The notes under the pieces are model-generated. The model was not told where the DNA came from and searched no databases. It was given only the letters and a program-made list of their open reading frames with translations. From NCBI GenBank assembly GCA_040954595.2, contig CM082589.2, forward strand, positions 9,870,894 to 9,934,893: a stretch of DNA of 64,000 nt, in the 5' to 3' direction. The number at the start of each line of letters is the position of its first letter. Position 1 is the first letter of the stretch. Shown here one piece after another: positions 37,484-51,300 of this stretch. This DNA comes from Balanoglossus misakiensis (taxonomy: Eukaryota > Animalia > Hemichordata). The position numbers and the translations under genes were made by a program.

Positions 37484-40292
37484 AAATTTAGAGGACTGGA
37501 ACACCTAATGAAGTGCATGTGTTAACTTTAACACACTAATTATGTATATGAGCTATTTAAAGTTAAGCAATAAAGCGTAGAAGTCTGCTTTTTGTTGGAC
37601 ACTGATCAGTTTGGTATCAAATTTTGTTGGCACATTTTGCCTCACCTCTGGCGTACTTTACCATTTCTGGGCATCCACAACAGACACAGCCTCTGCTTTC
37701 TGTTGGAACCATGCTTAACACCTTGGTCCCTCCAATGCTACTTTTAGTTGTAATTGTCTTCTTCATGGCGGCCATATTGGATTTTCTAATAAGCTTTAAA
37801 GGTTGACATTTTCATAAACTACAGGGCCAATCAAGTTCTAATTTACTGTGCGGTTGAAAGTTTGATAAAATATCATTAGTGGTCATGTGACTTTTGGTGC
37901 CTTATTGGATTTTTTAAAAATCTCATTCAAAAATTACGAAAATCTTTTTCTAATCAAGTTTTCAAGTGAATTGTGATTGGTTTAACCTTATCAGAGCCAA
38001 ATTGGATTTTCTGAACTCCGATTAAAAGCTAAAATTCCTTTTTTTATCCTACTCATTGAAAGCACACAAATTCTTTCTGTGGATACGAGTCACCATATGA
38101 CTAGAATATGTTACATTTTTTGACAACTTTCATATGTTCTTTGATCCAGTTTTTTTTCAGTATTTGATTAAACAATTTGTTGGTGACTCTCGCATGTCCT
38201 TTGATCCAGTAATTCCATAACTTAATTTTATGTGGATATGGCTCTTGATAAAAAGCTCAACAGTCATGATTTTGTTCAAAGAGTACTACTGCTGCCAGGA
38301 CATAACCCAAATATTTTGATAATTTTGGCAATGACCTTTGATGTACTTTCCCATAACCTGGCCTGCACAACAGATACAGCCTTCAGATTTTTAGGCCTTA
38401 AACACCTAATAAAGTATTAAACTTTAACACAAAAGTTGTGTACATAAGCTTTTTCTAGTTAACCAATTGAGAATAAAAGTCTGTTTTTTTGTTGAACACT
38501 GATCAGTTTGATGTCAAAATTTGTTGCCACAAATTTCCGTGACCTCTGGCTTACCTACCATTTCTAAGCATCCACAACAGATACAGAGTTTGCTTTCTGT
38601 TGGAACCATGCTAACTGCTTTGGTCCCTGTAATGCTGCATGTTCCTTTAATTGTCTTCTTCAGGGTGGCCATATTGGATTTTCTGATAACCTTTAAAAGA
38701 TGACAGTTCTTTTCCAAAACTACAGGGACAATCAAGTTCGAATATACTGTGCAGTTCAAAGTTTGACTGTAATATTGCTAGTAGTCATGTGACTTAGAAT
38801 TCCTTATTAGATTTTTGAAAAATATCATTAAAACACTTTTTCTAATCAAGTTTTCAAGTGAATTGTGATTGGTTAAACCTTATTGGAGCCAAATTGGATT
38901 TTCTGAACAACGATTTAAAACTAAGATTTCCTATTTATGGCCTACTCATTGATAGCACAAACATTATTTATATGTATATGACTCACTATATGACCAGAAT
39001 ATGTTACCATTTTTGGCATATTGCACATGTCCTTTAATCCAGTTTTTCCAACACTTAATAATACAAATTTTTAGGCAACTTTCATTTGTCTTTTGATCCA
39101 GATCTTTCAGAACTTAATTAAAGTTTATTGAAGCCAAATTGGATTTTATGAATTCTGATTAAAAACTTTGATTGCACACCAATTCTTTTTATAGATACGA
39201 GTCACCATATGACCAGAATACGTTGCATTTTTTGGCAACTTTCGCATGTACTTTGATCCATTTTTTTTTCAGAACTTAATTATTCGTGGATATGCCTCTT
39301 GTTGAAAAGCAAAACAGTGATGATTTATTTTTCACACGAATAGTACTGCTGCCAGGACATAACCCAATTTTTTTGATAATATTGGCATTGAACTTTGTCC
39401 TAAGTTTGGCACCTGTATTCTTTTCTGAATATCTTATGGCGACTAGACTAATAGCACTAGAGGTTTGGTTTTTGATGTATATGGACAAGTATGGGACTTA
39501 GCTTTTTTTGTTACATTTGGAATCCACTGGACCAATGTTGAGCTTATTAAATATGTGAATATCTAATGCTGAGCTTACCCATATTGTTACAGGTTGAATT
39601 TTTTATGAACATGCTCTACTATTGGACTTAATTTTTTTGCTGAATTTCTTGACCAATGATAACCTTATAAATATGTGCTTACGTAATTGTAGACTAGATA
39701 ATGAAGCTTTGAGTCTGGGTTTTCTTGAACATTCACCAGTATGCGATCACATTTTTTTCTGACATTTTTGTTAGCTTTGGTTACCTTAAACCTATTTTCC
39801 CTGCCTTGGCATGCACAGCAGATAACGCCTTCAAATTTTGAGGGCTGGAACACCTAATTACCAGGTTAACCAATAGAGCCAGAAGTCTTGTTTTTCATTT
39901 TACACTGATAATTTTGGAAGAAACATTTGTTGACAATTTTGGGTGAGCTCTTGGTGACCTTTGATCTGCTTTCCTATATACATAGCAGATACAGCATTGG
40001 CACTCTCTGGTATCCATAGGAACTGCTTTGACCTAGCCAATGTTTGTTGCACTTTATTTTTTTTTCATTAATTGACGATATGTACCCCTTGACCCGCAGT
40101 ATGTTGGGTTGGGCTGGCTTGCCAAATTAATCCTATTATTATCATTGATTTCATGCATTTAATTCTTTCATTCTTTTTTTTTTGTAGGTCCCACCGGTAC
40201 TCTTCTCCTTCTCTCTCTCTTTCTTTCTTTCTTTCTTTTTTTTCTCTTCTTTTCTCTTTTTTTTCTTTTTTTCCCTGTAGGCCCCAATGGTA

Positions 40293-40810
40293 ACACCATA
40301 ATCAACCTACTAACGTAAAATTTGATGGATGGATGGAGCGGAGTGTCAACCATAGTCAACCTACTAATATAAACTTTGATGGATGGATGGAGGGGAGCGT
40401 CAACCATAGTCAACCTACTAATATAAACTTTGATGGATGAATGGAGCGGAGCGTCAACCATAGTCAACCTACTAATATAAACTTTGATGGATGGATGGAG
40501 CGGAGCGTCAACCATAGTCAACTTACTAAAATATAAACTTTGATGGATGGATGGTGCCGCGGAGCGTCAACTTAAAGGATGGAGAAGTGGAAGGATGGAG
40601 AAGTGGAGTTTTTTCTCTGTTTTTTCCTCTTTTTCTTTCCTGTAGGGCACACTGGTAACACCATAATCAACCAACTAACGTAAAATTTGATGGGAGGATG
40701 GAGCGGAGAGTCAACCATAGTCAACCTACTAATATAAACTTTGATGGATGGATGGATGGAGCGTCAACCTAAAGGATGGAGAAGTGGAAGAATGGAGAAG
40801 TGGAGTTTCA
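40293..40810. repeat. 54-bp minisatellite (about 5 + 2 copies) with CT-rich flanks
   Basis: aaccatagtcaacctactaatataaactttgatggatggatggagcggagcgtc is repeated, giving an 18-aa periodicity in the spurious ORF. Confidence 0.9.
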
Positions 40811-40939
40811 ACATAATATCCTATTGACCAAAATTATAAGATAGAGTAATATAGACGTACAAAACGAGGTGATCGTAATATAAAACTTAATAGTCCAATA
40901 AATCGGGTTAATAATTGGTAGTGATTACTTGTTTTAAAA

Positions 40940-41637
40940 TTAGGTTAACAGCAATGGCTTTGTGCAGGGTATGATAATAGGTTCCGAAATGTGTATGGTA
41001 TATTAACGGTGAACAAATTTGAATTTGGTTTAATAAAAGGGTTACAAATGTGATGATGGTTTTATGGTAAAATTTGAGTGTACACAGGTTATAAAGGGGT
41101 AACAACGGTTGCTTGTATGAAGGGAATAATATTAGGGTAACAAATGTGGTATAAAGGTATAACGGGTTTATAATATGATGATGGCTTGTGTACACAGGTT
41201 ATAATGGGTATATGAATGAGAAGGGTATAATAATAGTAATAACTGTGTCGGGTTTAATAAGGGTAACAATTGTGCAAGGGTATAATAACGATTAATAATT
41301 GTGGTGATGGCTTATGGTGATATTAAGTATAAAAAGGGTGTTAATATTGATGATGATGACAGAGGTATAATAATGATAAAATGTTAAATAAGTGTCCAAG
41401 GTCTAATAATCATGTTGGTTCATTCATTGGTTAATGTGTATATTTTATGAATAACATGCTATTATTTCTCAGATAGATAATACTCGTCAGCATCGTTATT
41501 CGGTGGAATTTCTCGCAACGGTACCCGTGATTGTATTCGCGCATCGACACATTGTACGCGACAGACAGGCAGAAAATGTTAGCACAATGTTAGGTTAGCT
41601 TAACCTCCCCACCCCATCCAAATTCCAAATTTAGCTT
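40940..41637 (+). repeat. Diverged direct repeat, copy 1
   Basis: Shares blocks with 61714-62315 (ggtataataatgataaaa, ttggttaatgtgtatatttt, attgtacgcgacagaca, gttaggttagctt.acctccccaccccatccaaattccaaatttagctt). Confidence 0.8.
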
Positions 41638-42243
41638 AGATCATGGGGTGAGAGGAGGAGAGGACAGTTTTTTTTCCCTCTTTTGTAATTGGTATGAGGT
41701 TTTTTAACTGCCCTTTAGGCGCGTAAATTAGATGTGTGTTATCATACATGTAGTTATCTTGCTTTATTTTAAAACAATTGTGAATGAGCTCTGCGAGATT
41801 ATGTACACGATAGTGTGTTATATAACGCTAAGGTAAAAGTAAACTTAACCCACTAACCCATCACACTATTGTGTGCATAATTAGCAGATGCTATTTTGAC
41901 TGGCCCATTGTTCAACCAAATGACACCTTGTTTCAAAAAGAGCTGAAACTATATTGGTTAATTTCTTTCAGTTTAACCACATGACACATTGTTTCAAATT
42001 GGCCTGCAAGATATGCTACTTGAACTCCCCCCCCCCACCCCCACCCCCCCAAAACAATAAATTAGGGATTAATCACTCGCTATATTATGAACATTCACAT
42101 GAAAATTATGCAACCAATTTAAAGGTATTCTGGAGGCGTCTTCTGATGTCAGGTGGTTCAAATCCACCGATACCTAAGCTGGAACATAACTTTTCATTGG
42201 TGTTCATATATGGCGAATAAAACATGCATATTCGTATTATCAT

Positions 42244-42327
42244 ATTTCAGATATGAACGAATTGAAATAGATTCTTTTCGATATGATTTCAGAAATGAAC
42301 GAATTCAAATAGATTCTTTTCGATATG
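42244..42327. repeat. 42-bp tandem duplication
   Basis: atttcaga.atgaacgaatt.aaatagattcttttcgatatg occurs twice. Confidence 0.85.
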
Positions 42328-42399
42328 TCACTATAAACTTTAATCCCATTTCACCCCTTTTACTCAAAATGTAATGTTTAAATAGCAAAGAAGTTAATC

Positions 42400-45300
42400 A
42401 CTAAACGTTGACACCGGGGTTTAAAATGCATACAGGGATACTAAAAGTTGACTGAAATCCCTGGGTTAATACGTGTCCAAAAGCAATTTTATTTGACATT
42501 GCTAATGCAACGATGACATTGAATCTGATTCTTTGCATTAGGGGGAATGGCGATGCAAGCTTGATGATGCAGCCAGGTAGATAGTGATGCAAACACTTCA
42601 CTTTGACATAGGTATTTAATGCATGTGCATGGGTATTTAATGTTGACTGTAAATCCCCAGGTTAATACGTGGCCAAAAGCACTGTAATTTGACATTGCTA
42701 ATGCTACCGTGACACTAAATCTGATTCTTGCATCAGGGTAAATTGTGAAGCAAGCTTGATGATGCATCATGATAGATGGTGTTTCAAGCCCTTCACATTG
42801 ACATTGGAATATAACGCATATGGGGATTTAAAGTTGATTGTATATCCTCAGGTTAATACGTGGCCATAAGCACTGTAATTTGACATTGCTAATGCAACGA
42901 TGATATTGAATCTGATTCTTTGCATCAGGGTAAATGGCGATGCAAGCTTGATGATGCATCCCGGTAGATAGTGATGCAAACACTTCACTTTGACATGGGT
43001 ATTTAATGCATGCGCATTGATATTTAAAGTTGACTCTAAATCCCGAGGTTAATACATGGCCAAAAGCACTGTAATTTAAAATTACTAATGCAAGCGTGAC
43101 ATTGAATATGGATAAATGGTGAAGCAAACGTGATGATGCATCAGGATAGATGGTGTTTGAAGCCCTTCACATTGACTTTTGAATATAATGCATATGGGGA
43201 TTTAAAGTTGATTGTAAATCCCTAGGTTAATACATGGCCAAAAGCACTTTTATTTGACATTGCTAATGCAACGGTGACATTGAATCTGATTCTATGCATC
43301 AGGGTAAATGGCGATACAGGCTTGATGATGCATCACGGTAGATAGTGATGCAAACAGTTCACTCTGACATGGGTATTAAATGCATATGGGGATTTCAAGT
43401 TGATTACAAATCCCTGGGTTAATACGCACCCAAAAGCACTGTAGTTTGACATTGCTAATGAAATGGTGACATTGAATCTGATTCTATGCATCAGGGTAAA
43501 TGGCGATACAGGCTTGATGATGCATCACGGTAGATAGTGATGCAAACAGTTCACTCTGACATGGGTATTAAATGCATATGGGGATTTCAGTTGATTACAA
43601 ATCCCTGGGTTAATACGCACCCAAAAGCACTGTAGTTTGACATTGCTAATGAAATGGTGACATTGAATGTAATTCTTTGCATTAGGGGAAATGGCTAAAA
43701 GTTTAATGATGCATTGGAGTAGATGGTGATGCAAGCTATGCATTTTGACATAGGTATTTAATGCATGTGCATGGGTATTTAATGTTGACTGTAAATCCCT
43801 AGGTTAATACATGTCCAAAAGCACTGTAATTTAAAATTGCTAATGCAAGGGTGACATTGAATCTGATTCTTTGCATCATGGCAAATTCTGAAGAATGCTT
43901 GATGATGCACCAGGGTCAATGGTGATGCAATCACTAAACTTTTACACCGGGGTTTAAAATGTATACAGGGGGATTAAAAGTTGACTGTAAATCCCCAGGT
44001 TAATACAAGTCCAAAAGCACTTTAATTTGACATTGCTAATACAACGGTGACATTTAATCTGATTCTTTGCATCAGGAAAATGGTGAAGCAAGCTTAATAA
44101 TGCATCGGAGTAAATGGTGATGCAAGCTCTGCACTTTGACATAGGTATTAAATGTATATGCATGGGTATTTAAAGTTGTCCGTAAATCCCGAGGTTAATA
44201 CGTGGCCATAGGCACTGTAATTTGACATTGCTAATGCTACCGTGATACTAAATCTGATTCTTTGCATCAGGGTAAATTGTGAAGCAAGCTTGATGATGTA
44301 TCATGATAGATGGTGTTTCAAGCCCTTCACATTGACATTGGAATATAACGCACATGGGGATTTAAAGTTGATTGTATGGCCAAAAGCACTGTAATTTGAC
44401 ATTGCTAATGCTACAGTGACATTGAATCTGATTCTTTGCATTAGGGCAAATGGCGAAGCAAGCTTGATGATGCATCACGGTAGATATTGATGCAAGCACT
44501 TCGCTTTGACATAGGTATAAAATTCATATGGGGATTTCAAGTTGATTATAAATCCCTGGGTTAATATGTGGCCGAAAGCACTTTTATTTGCCATTGCTAA
44601 TGCTATGGTGACACTGATTATTTGCATCAGGGTTAATGGCGAAGCAGCTTGATGATGCATCAGGATAGATGGTGATGCAAGCTCTGCACTTTGACATGAG
44701 GATTAAATGCATGCTGAGGGGGATTTAAAGTTGTCAAAACAAACTTGATGATGCATCAGGGTAGAAGGTATTTCAAGCCCTTCACATTGACATTGGAATA
44801 TAACGCATATGGGGATTTAAAGTTGATTGTAAATCCCCAGGTTGATACGTGGCCATAAGCACTGTAGTTTGACATTGCTAATGCTACCGTGACATTAAAT
44901 CTGATTCTTTCCATCGGGGTAAATTGTGAAGCAAGCTTGATGATGCATCAGGACAGATGGTGTTTCAAGCCCTTCACATTGACAATGGAATATAACGCAT
45001 ATGGGGATTTAAAGTTGATTGAAAATCCCTAGGTTAATACATGGCCAAAAGCACTGTAATTTAAAATTGCAAATGCAATGGTGACATTGAATGTCATTCT
45101 TTGCATTAGGGGAAATGGCGTAGCAAGCATAATGGTACATCAGAGTAGATGGTGATGCAAGCTCTGCACTTTGACATAGATATTTAATGCATATGCATGG
45201 GTATTTAATGTCGACTGTAAATCCCCAGGTTAATATATGTCCAAAAGCACTGTAATTTAAAATTGCTAATGCAAGGGTGACATTGAATCTGATTCTTTGC

Positions 45301-48300
45301 ATTATGGGGAATGGCGATGCAAACCTAATGATGCATCAGAGTAGATGGTGATGCAAGCTCTGCACTTTGACATAGGTATTTAATGTATATGCATGGGTAT
45401 TTAAAGTTGTCTGTAAATTCCCAGGTTAATACGTGGCAATAAGCACTGTAATTTGACATTGCTAATGAAATGGTGACGCTGAATGTGATTTTTTGCATCA
45501 GGGTAAATTGTGAAGCAAGCTTGATGATGCATCAGGATAGATGGTGTTTCAAGCCCTTCACTTGACATTGGAATATAACGCATATGGGGATTTAAAGTTA
45601 ATTGCAAATCCATAGGTTAATACATGGCCAAAAACACTGTAATTTAAAATTGCTAATGCAATGGTGACATTGAATGTGATTCTTTGCATTAGGGGAAATG
45701 GCGTAGCAAGCCTAATGGTGCATCAGAGTAAATGGTGATGCAAGCTCTACACTTTGACATAGGTATTTAATGGATATGCATGGGTATTTAATGTTGACTG
45801 TAAATCCTCAGGTTAATACGTGGCCATAAGCACTGTAATTTGACATTGCTAATGCAACGGTGACATTGAATCTGATTCTTTGCATAAGGGTGAATGGCGA
45901 TGCAAGCTTGATGATGCATCACGGTAGATAGTGATGCAAACACTTCACTTTGACATGGGTATCAAATGCATATAGGGATTTGCTAATGCTACCATGACAC
46001 TAAATCTGATTTTTTGCATCAGGGAAAATGGTGAAGCAAGCTTGATGATGCATCATGATAGATGGTGTTTCAAGCCCTTCACATTGACATTAGAATATAA
46101 TGCATATGGGGATTTAAAGTTGATTGTAAATCCCCAGGTTAGTATACGGCCAAACGCACTATAATTTGACATTGCTAATGCAACAGTGACATTGAATCTG
46201 ATTCTTTGCATTAGGGCAAATGGCGAAGCAAGCTTGATGATGCATCACGGTAGATATTGATGCAAGCACTTCGCTTTGACATAGGTATAAAATTCATATA
46301 GGGATTTCAAGTTGATTATAAATCCCTGGGTTAATATGTGGCCAAAAGCACTTTTATTTGCCATTGCTAATGCTATGGCGACACTAAATCTGATTCTTTG
46401 CATCAGGGTAAATTGTGAAGAAAGCTTGATGATGCATCAGTATAGATGGTGTTTCAAGCCGTTCAAGTTAACATTGCAATATAATGCATATGGGGATTTG
46501 AAGTTGATTGTAAACCCGCAAGTTAATACATGGCCAAATGCTCAGTAATTTGACATTGCTGATGCTATGGTGACACTGATTATTTGCATCAGGGTTAATG
46601 GCGAAACAAACTTGATGATGCATCAGGGTAGATGGTATTTCAAGCCCTTCACATTGACATTGGAATATAATGCATATGGGGATTTAAAGTTGATTGTAAA
46701 TCCCCAGGTTAATACATAGCCAAAAGCACTGTAATTTGACATGGCTAATGCTACTGTGATACTAAATCTGATTCTTTGCATCAGGGCATATAGCGAAGCA
46801 TGCTTGGTGATGCATCAGGATCAATGGTGATGGAGACACTGCACTTTGACATGCGTATTTAATGCATATGCACAGATGTTTAAAGTTGACTGTAAATCGC
46901 CAGGTTAATACGTGGCCAAAAGCACAGTAATTTGACATTGCGAATGCAACAGTGACATTTAATCTGATTCTTTGCATTAAGGCAAATGGCGAAGCATGCT
47001 TGACGATGCATCACAGTAGATAGTGATGCAAACACTTCGCTTAGACATGGGTATAAAAAGCATATAGGGATTTCAAATAGATTATAAATCCCTGTGTTAA
47101 TACGTGTCCAAAAGCACTGTAATTTGACATTGCTTATGCAATGGTGACACTATATCTGATTCTTTGCATCAGGGCAAATGGCGAAGCAGCTTGATGATGC
47201 ATCAGGATAGATGGTGATGCAAGCTCTGCACTTTGACATGGGGATTAAATGCATGCTGAGGGGGATTTAAAGTTGTCAAAACAAACTTGATGATGCATCA
47301 GGGTAGATGGTATTTCAAGCCCTTCACATTGACATTGGAATATAACGCATATGGGGATTTAAAGTTGATTGTAAATCCCCAGGTTGATACGTGGCCATAA
47401 GCACTGTAGTTTGACATTGCTAATGCTACCATGACATTAAATCTGATTCTTTCCATCGGGGTAAATTGTGAAGCAAGCTTGATGATGCATCAGGACAGAT
47501 GGTGTTTCAAGCCCTTCACATTGACAATGGAATATAACGCATATGGGGATTTAAAGTTGATTGAAAATCCCTAGGTTAATACATGGCCAAAAGCACTGTA
47601 ATTTACAATTGCAAATGCAATGGTGACATTGAATGTCATTCTTTGCATTAGGGGAAATGGCGTAGCGAGCATAATGGTGCATCAGAGTAGATGGTGATGT
47701 AAGCTATGCATTGTGACATAGGTATTTAATGCCTATGCATGGGTATTTAATGTTGACTGTAAATCCCCAGGTTAATACATGTCCAAAAGCACTGTAATTT
47801 AAAATTGCTAATGCAAGGGTGATATTGAATCTGATTCTTTGCATCAGGGCAAATTCTGAAGAATGCTTGATGATGCACCAGGGTCAATGGTGATGCAATC
47901 ACTAAACTTTGACACCGAGGTTTAAAATGTATACAGGGGGATTAAAAGTTGACTGTAAATCCCCAGGTTAATACAAGTCCAAAAGCACCGTAATTTGACA
48001 TTGATAATACAACGGTGACATTTAAACTGATTCTTTGCATCAGGGCAAATGGTGAAGCAAGCTTAATAATGCATCGGAGTATATGGTGATGCAAGCTCTG
48101 CATTTTGACATAGGTATTAAATGTATATGCATGGGTATTTAAAGTTGTCTGTAAATCCCCAGGTTAATACGTGGCCATAATCACTGTAATTTGACATTGC
48201 TAATGCTACCGTGATACTAAATCTGATTCTTTGCATCAGGGTAAATTGTGAAGCAAGCTTGATGATGTATCATGATAGATGGTGTTTCAAGCCCTTCACA

Positions 48301-51300
48301 TTGACATTGGAATATAACGCATATGGGGATTTAAAGTTGATTGTAAATCCCCAGGTTAATACATGGCCAAAAGCACTGTAATTTAAAATTGCTAATGCAA
48401 TGGTGACATTGAATGTGATTCTTTGCATTAGGGGAAATGGCGTAGCAAGCCTAATGGTGCATCAGAGTAGATGGTGATGCAAGCTCTGCACTTTGACATA
48501 GGTATTTAATGCATATGCATGGGTATTTAATGTTGACTGTAAATCCTCAGGTTAATACGTGGCCATAAGCACTGTAATTTGACATTGCTAATGCAACGAT
48601 GATATTGAATCTGAGTCTTTGCATCAGGGTAAATGGCGATGCAAGCTTGATGATGCATCTCAGTAGATAGTGATGCAAACACTTCACTTTGACATGGGTA
48701 TTTAATGCATGCGCATTGATATTTAAAGTTGACTCTAAATCCCGAGGTTAATACATGGCCAAAAGCACTGTAATTTAAAATTACTAATGCAAGGGTGACA
48801 TTGAATATGGATAAATGGTGAAGCAAACGTGATGATGCATCAGGATAGATGGTGTTCCAAGCCCTTCACATTGACTTTTGAATATAATGCATATGGGGAT
48901 TTAATGTTGACTGTAAATCCTCAGGTTAATACGTGGCCATAAGCACTGTAATTTGACATTGCTAATGCAACGATGATATTGAATCTGAGTCTTTGCATCA
49001 GGGTAAATGGCGATGCAAGCTTGATGATGCATCTCAGTAGATAGTGATGCAAACACTTCACTTTGACATAGGTATTTAATGCATGCGCATTGATATTTAA
49101 AGTTGACTCTAAATCCCGAGGTTAATACATGGCCAAAAGCACTGTAATTTAAAATTACTAATGCAAGGGTGACATTGAATATGGATAAATGGTGAAGCAA
49201 ACGTGATGATGCATCAGGATAGATAGTGATGCAAACAGTTCACTTTGACATGGGTATTAAATGCATATGGGGATTTCAAGTTGATTGTAAATCCCTAGGT
49301 TAATAATGGCCAAAAGCACTTTTATTTGACATTGCTAATGCAACGGTGACATTGAATCTGATTCTATGCATAAGGGTAAATGGCGATGCAGGCTTGATGA
49401 TGCATCACGGTAGATAGTGATGCAAACAGTTCACTTTGACATGGGTATTAAATGCATATGGGGATTTCAAGTTGATTACAAATCCTTGGGTTAATACGCA
49501 TCCAAAAGCACTGTAATTTGACATTGCTAATGAAATGGTGACATTGAATGTAATTCTTTGCATTAGGGGAAATGGCTAAGCAAGCTTAATGATGCATTGG
49601 AGTAGATGGTGATGCAAGCTATGCATTTTGACATAGGTATTTAATGCATGTGCATGGGTATTTAATGTTGACTGTAAATCCCTAGGTTAATACATGTCCA
49701 AAAGCACTGTAATTTAAAATTGCTAATGCAAGGGTGACATTGAATCTGATTCTTTGCATCAGGGCAAATTCTGAAGAATGCTTGATGATGCACCAGGGTC
49801 AATGGTGATGCAATCACTAAACTTTGACACCGGGGTTTAAAATGTATACAGGGGGATTAAAAGTTGACTGTAAATCCCTGGGTTAATACAAGTCCAAAAG
49901 CACTTTAATTTGACATTGCTAATACAACGGTGACATTTAATCTGATTCTTTGCATCAGGGAAAATGGCGAAGCAAGCTTAATAATGCATTGGAGTATATG
50001 GTGATGCAAGCTCTGCATTTTGACATAGGTATTAAATGTATATGCAAGGGTATTTAAAGTTGTCCGTACATCCCGAGGTTAATACGTGGCCATAGGCACT
50101 GTAATTTGACATTGCTAATGCTACCGTGATACTAAATCTGATTCTTTGCATCAGGGAAAATGGTGAAGCAAGCTTGATGATGCATCAGGATAGATGGTGT
50201 TTCAAGCCCTTCACATTGACATTAGAATATAATGCATATGGGGATTTAAAGTTGATTGTAAATCCCCAGGTTAGTATACGGCCAAACGAACTGTAATTTG
50301 ACATTGCTAATGCAAGGGTGACATTGAATCTGATTCTTTGCATTAGGGCAAATGGCGAAGCAAGCTTGATGATGCATCACGGTAGATATTGATGCAAGCA
50401 CTTCGCTTTGACATAGGTATAAAATTCATATGGGGATTTCAAGTTGATTATAAATCCCTGGGTTAATATGTGGCCGAAAGCACTTTTATTTGCCATTGCT
50501 AATGCTATGGTGACACTGATTATTTGCATCAGGGTTAATGGCGAAACAAACTTGATGATGCATCAGGGTAGATGGTTTTTCAAGCCCTTCACATTGACAT
50601 TGGAATATAATGCATATGGGGATTTAAAGTTGACTGTAAATCGCCAGGTTAATACGTGGCCAAAAGCACAGTAATTTGACATTGCGAATGCAACAGTGAC
50701 ATTTAATGTGATTCTTTGCATTAGGGCAAATGGCGAAGCATGCTTGACGATGCATTACTGTAGATAGTGATGCAAACACTTCGCTTTGACATGGGTATAA
50801 AAAGCATATGGGGATTTCAAGTTGATTATAAATCCCGATGTTTATACATGGCCAAAAGCACAGTAATTTGACATTGCTAATGCAATGGTGACATTGAATC
50901 TGATTCTTTGCATCAGCGTAAATGGCGAAGCATGCTTGATGATGCATCACAGTAGATAGTGATGCAAACACTTCGCTTAGACATGGGTATAAAAAGCATA
51001 TAGGGATTTCAAGTAGATTATAAATCCCTGTGTTAATACGTGTCCAAAAGCACTGTAATTTGACATTGCTAATGCAATGTTGACACTATATCTATTTCTT
51101 TGCATCAGGGCAAATGGGGAAGCAGCTTGATGATGGATCAGGGTAGATGGTATTTCAAGCCCTTCACATTGACATTGGAATATAACGCATATGGGGATTT
51201 AAAGTTGATTGTAAATCCCCAGGTTGATACGTGGCCATAAGCACTGTAGTTTGACATTGCTAATGCTACCGTGACATTAAATCTGATTCTTTCCATCGGG

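Larger units (their letters stand above)
21929..39990. repeat. Complex tandem array, ~0.9-kb diverged unit (about 12 copies) containing an expandable 116-bp module
   Basis: The unit marker cctctggc..ttgctttctgttggaaccatgct recurs near 21930, 23690, 24590, 25940, 27040 (partial), 30180, 31080, 33015, 33915, 34940, 37645 and 38540. Confidence 0.92.

Noticed and set aside
23655-38759. Recurrent hydrophobic ORFs in the 0.9-kb unit as membrane proteins
   Set aside because: They are translations of a T-rich repeat, and the frames are not conserved between units.
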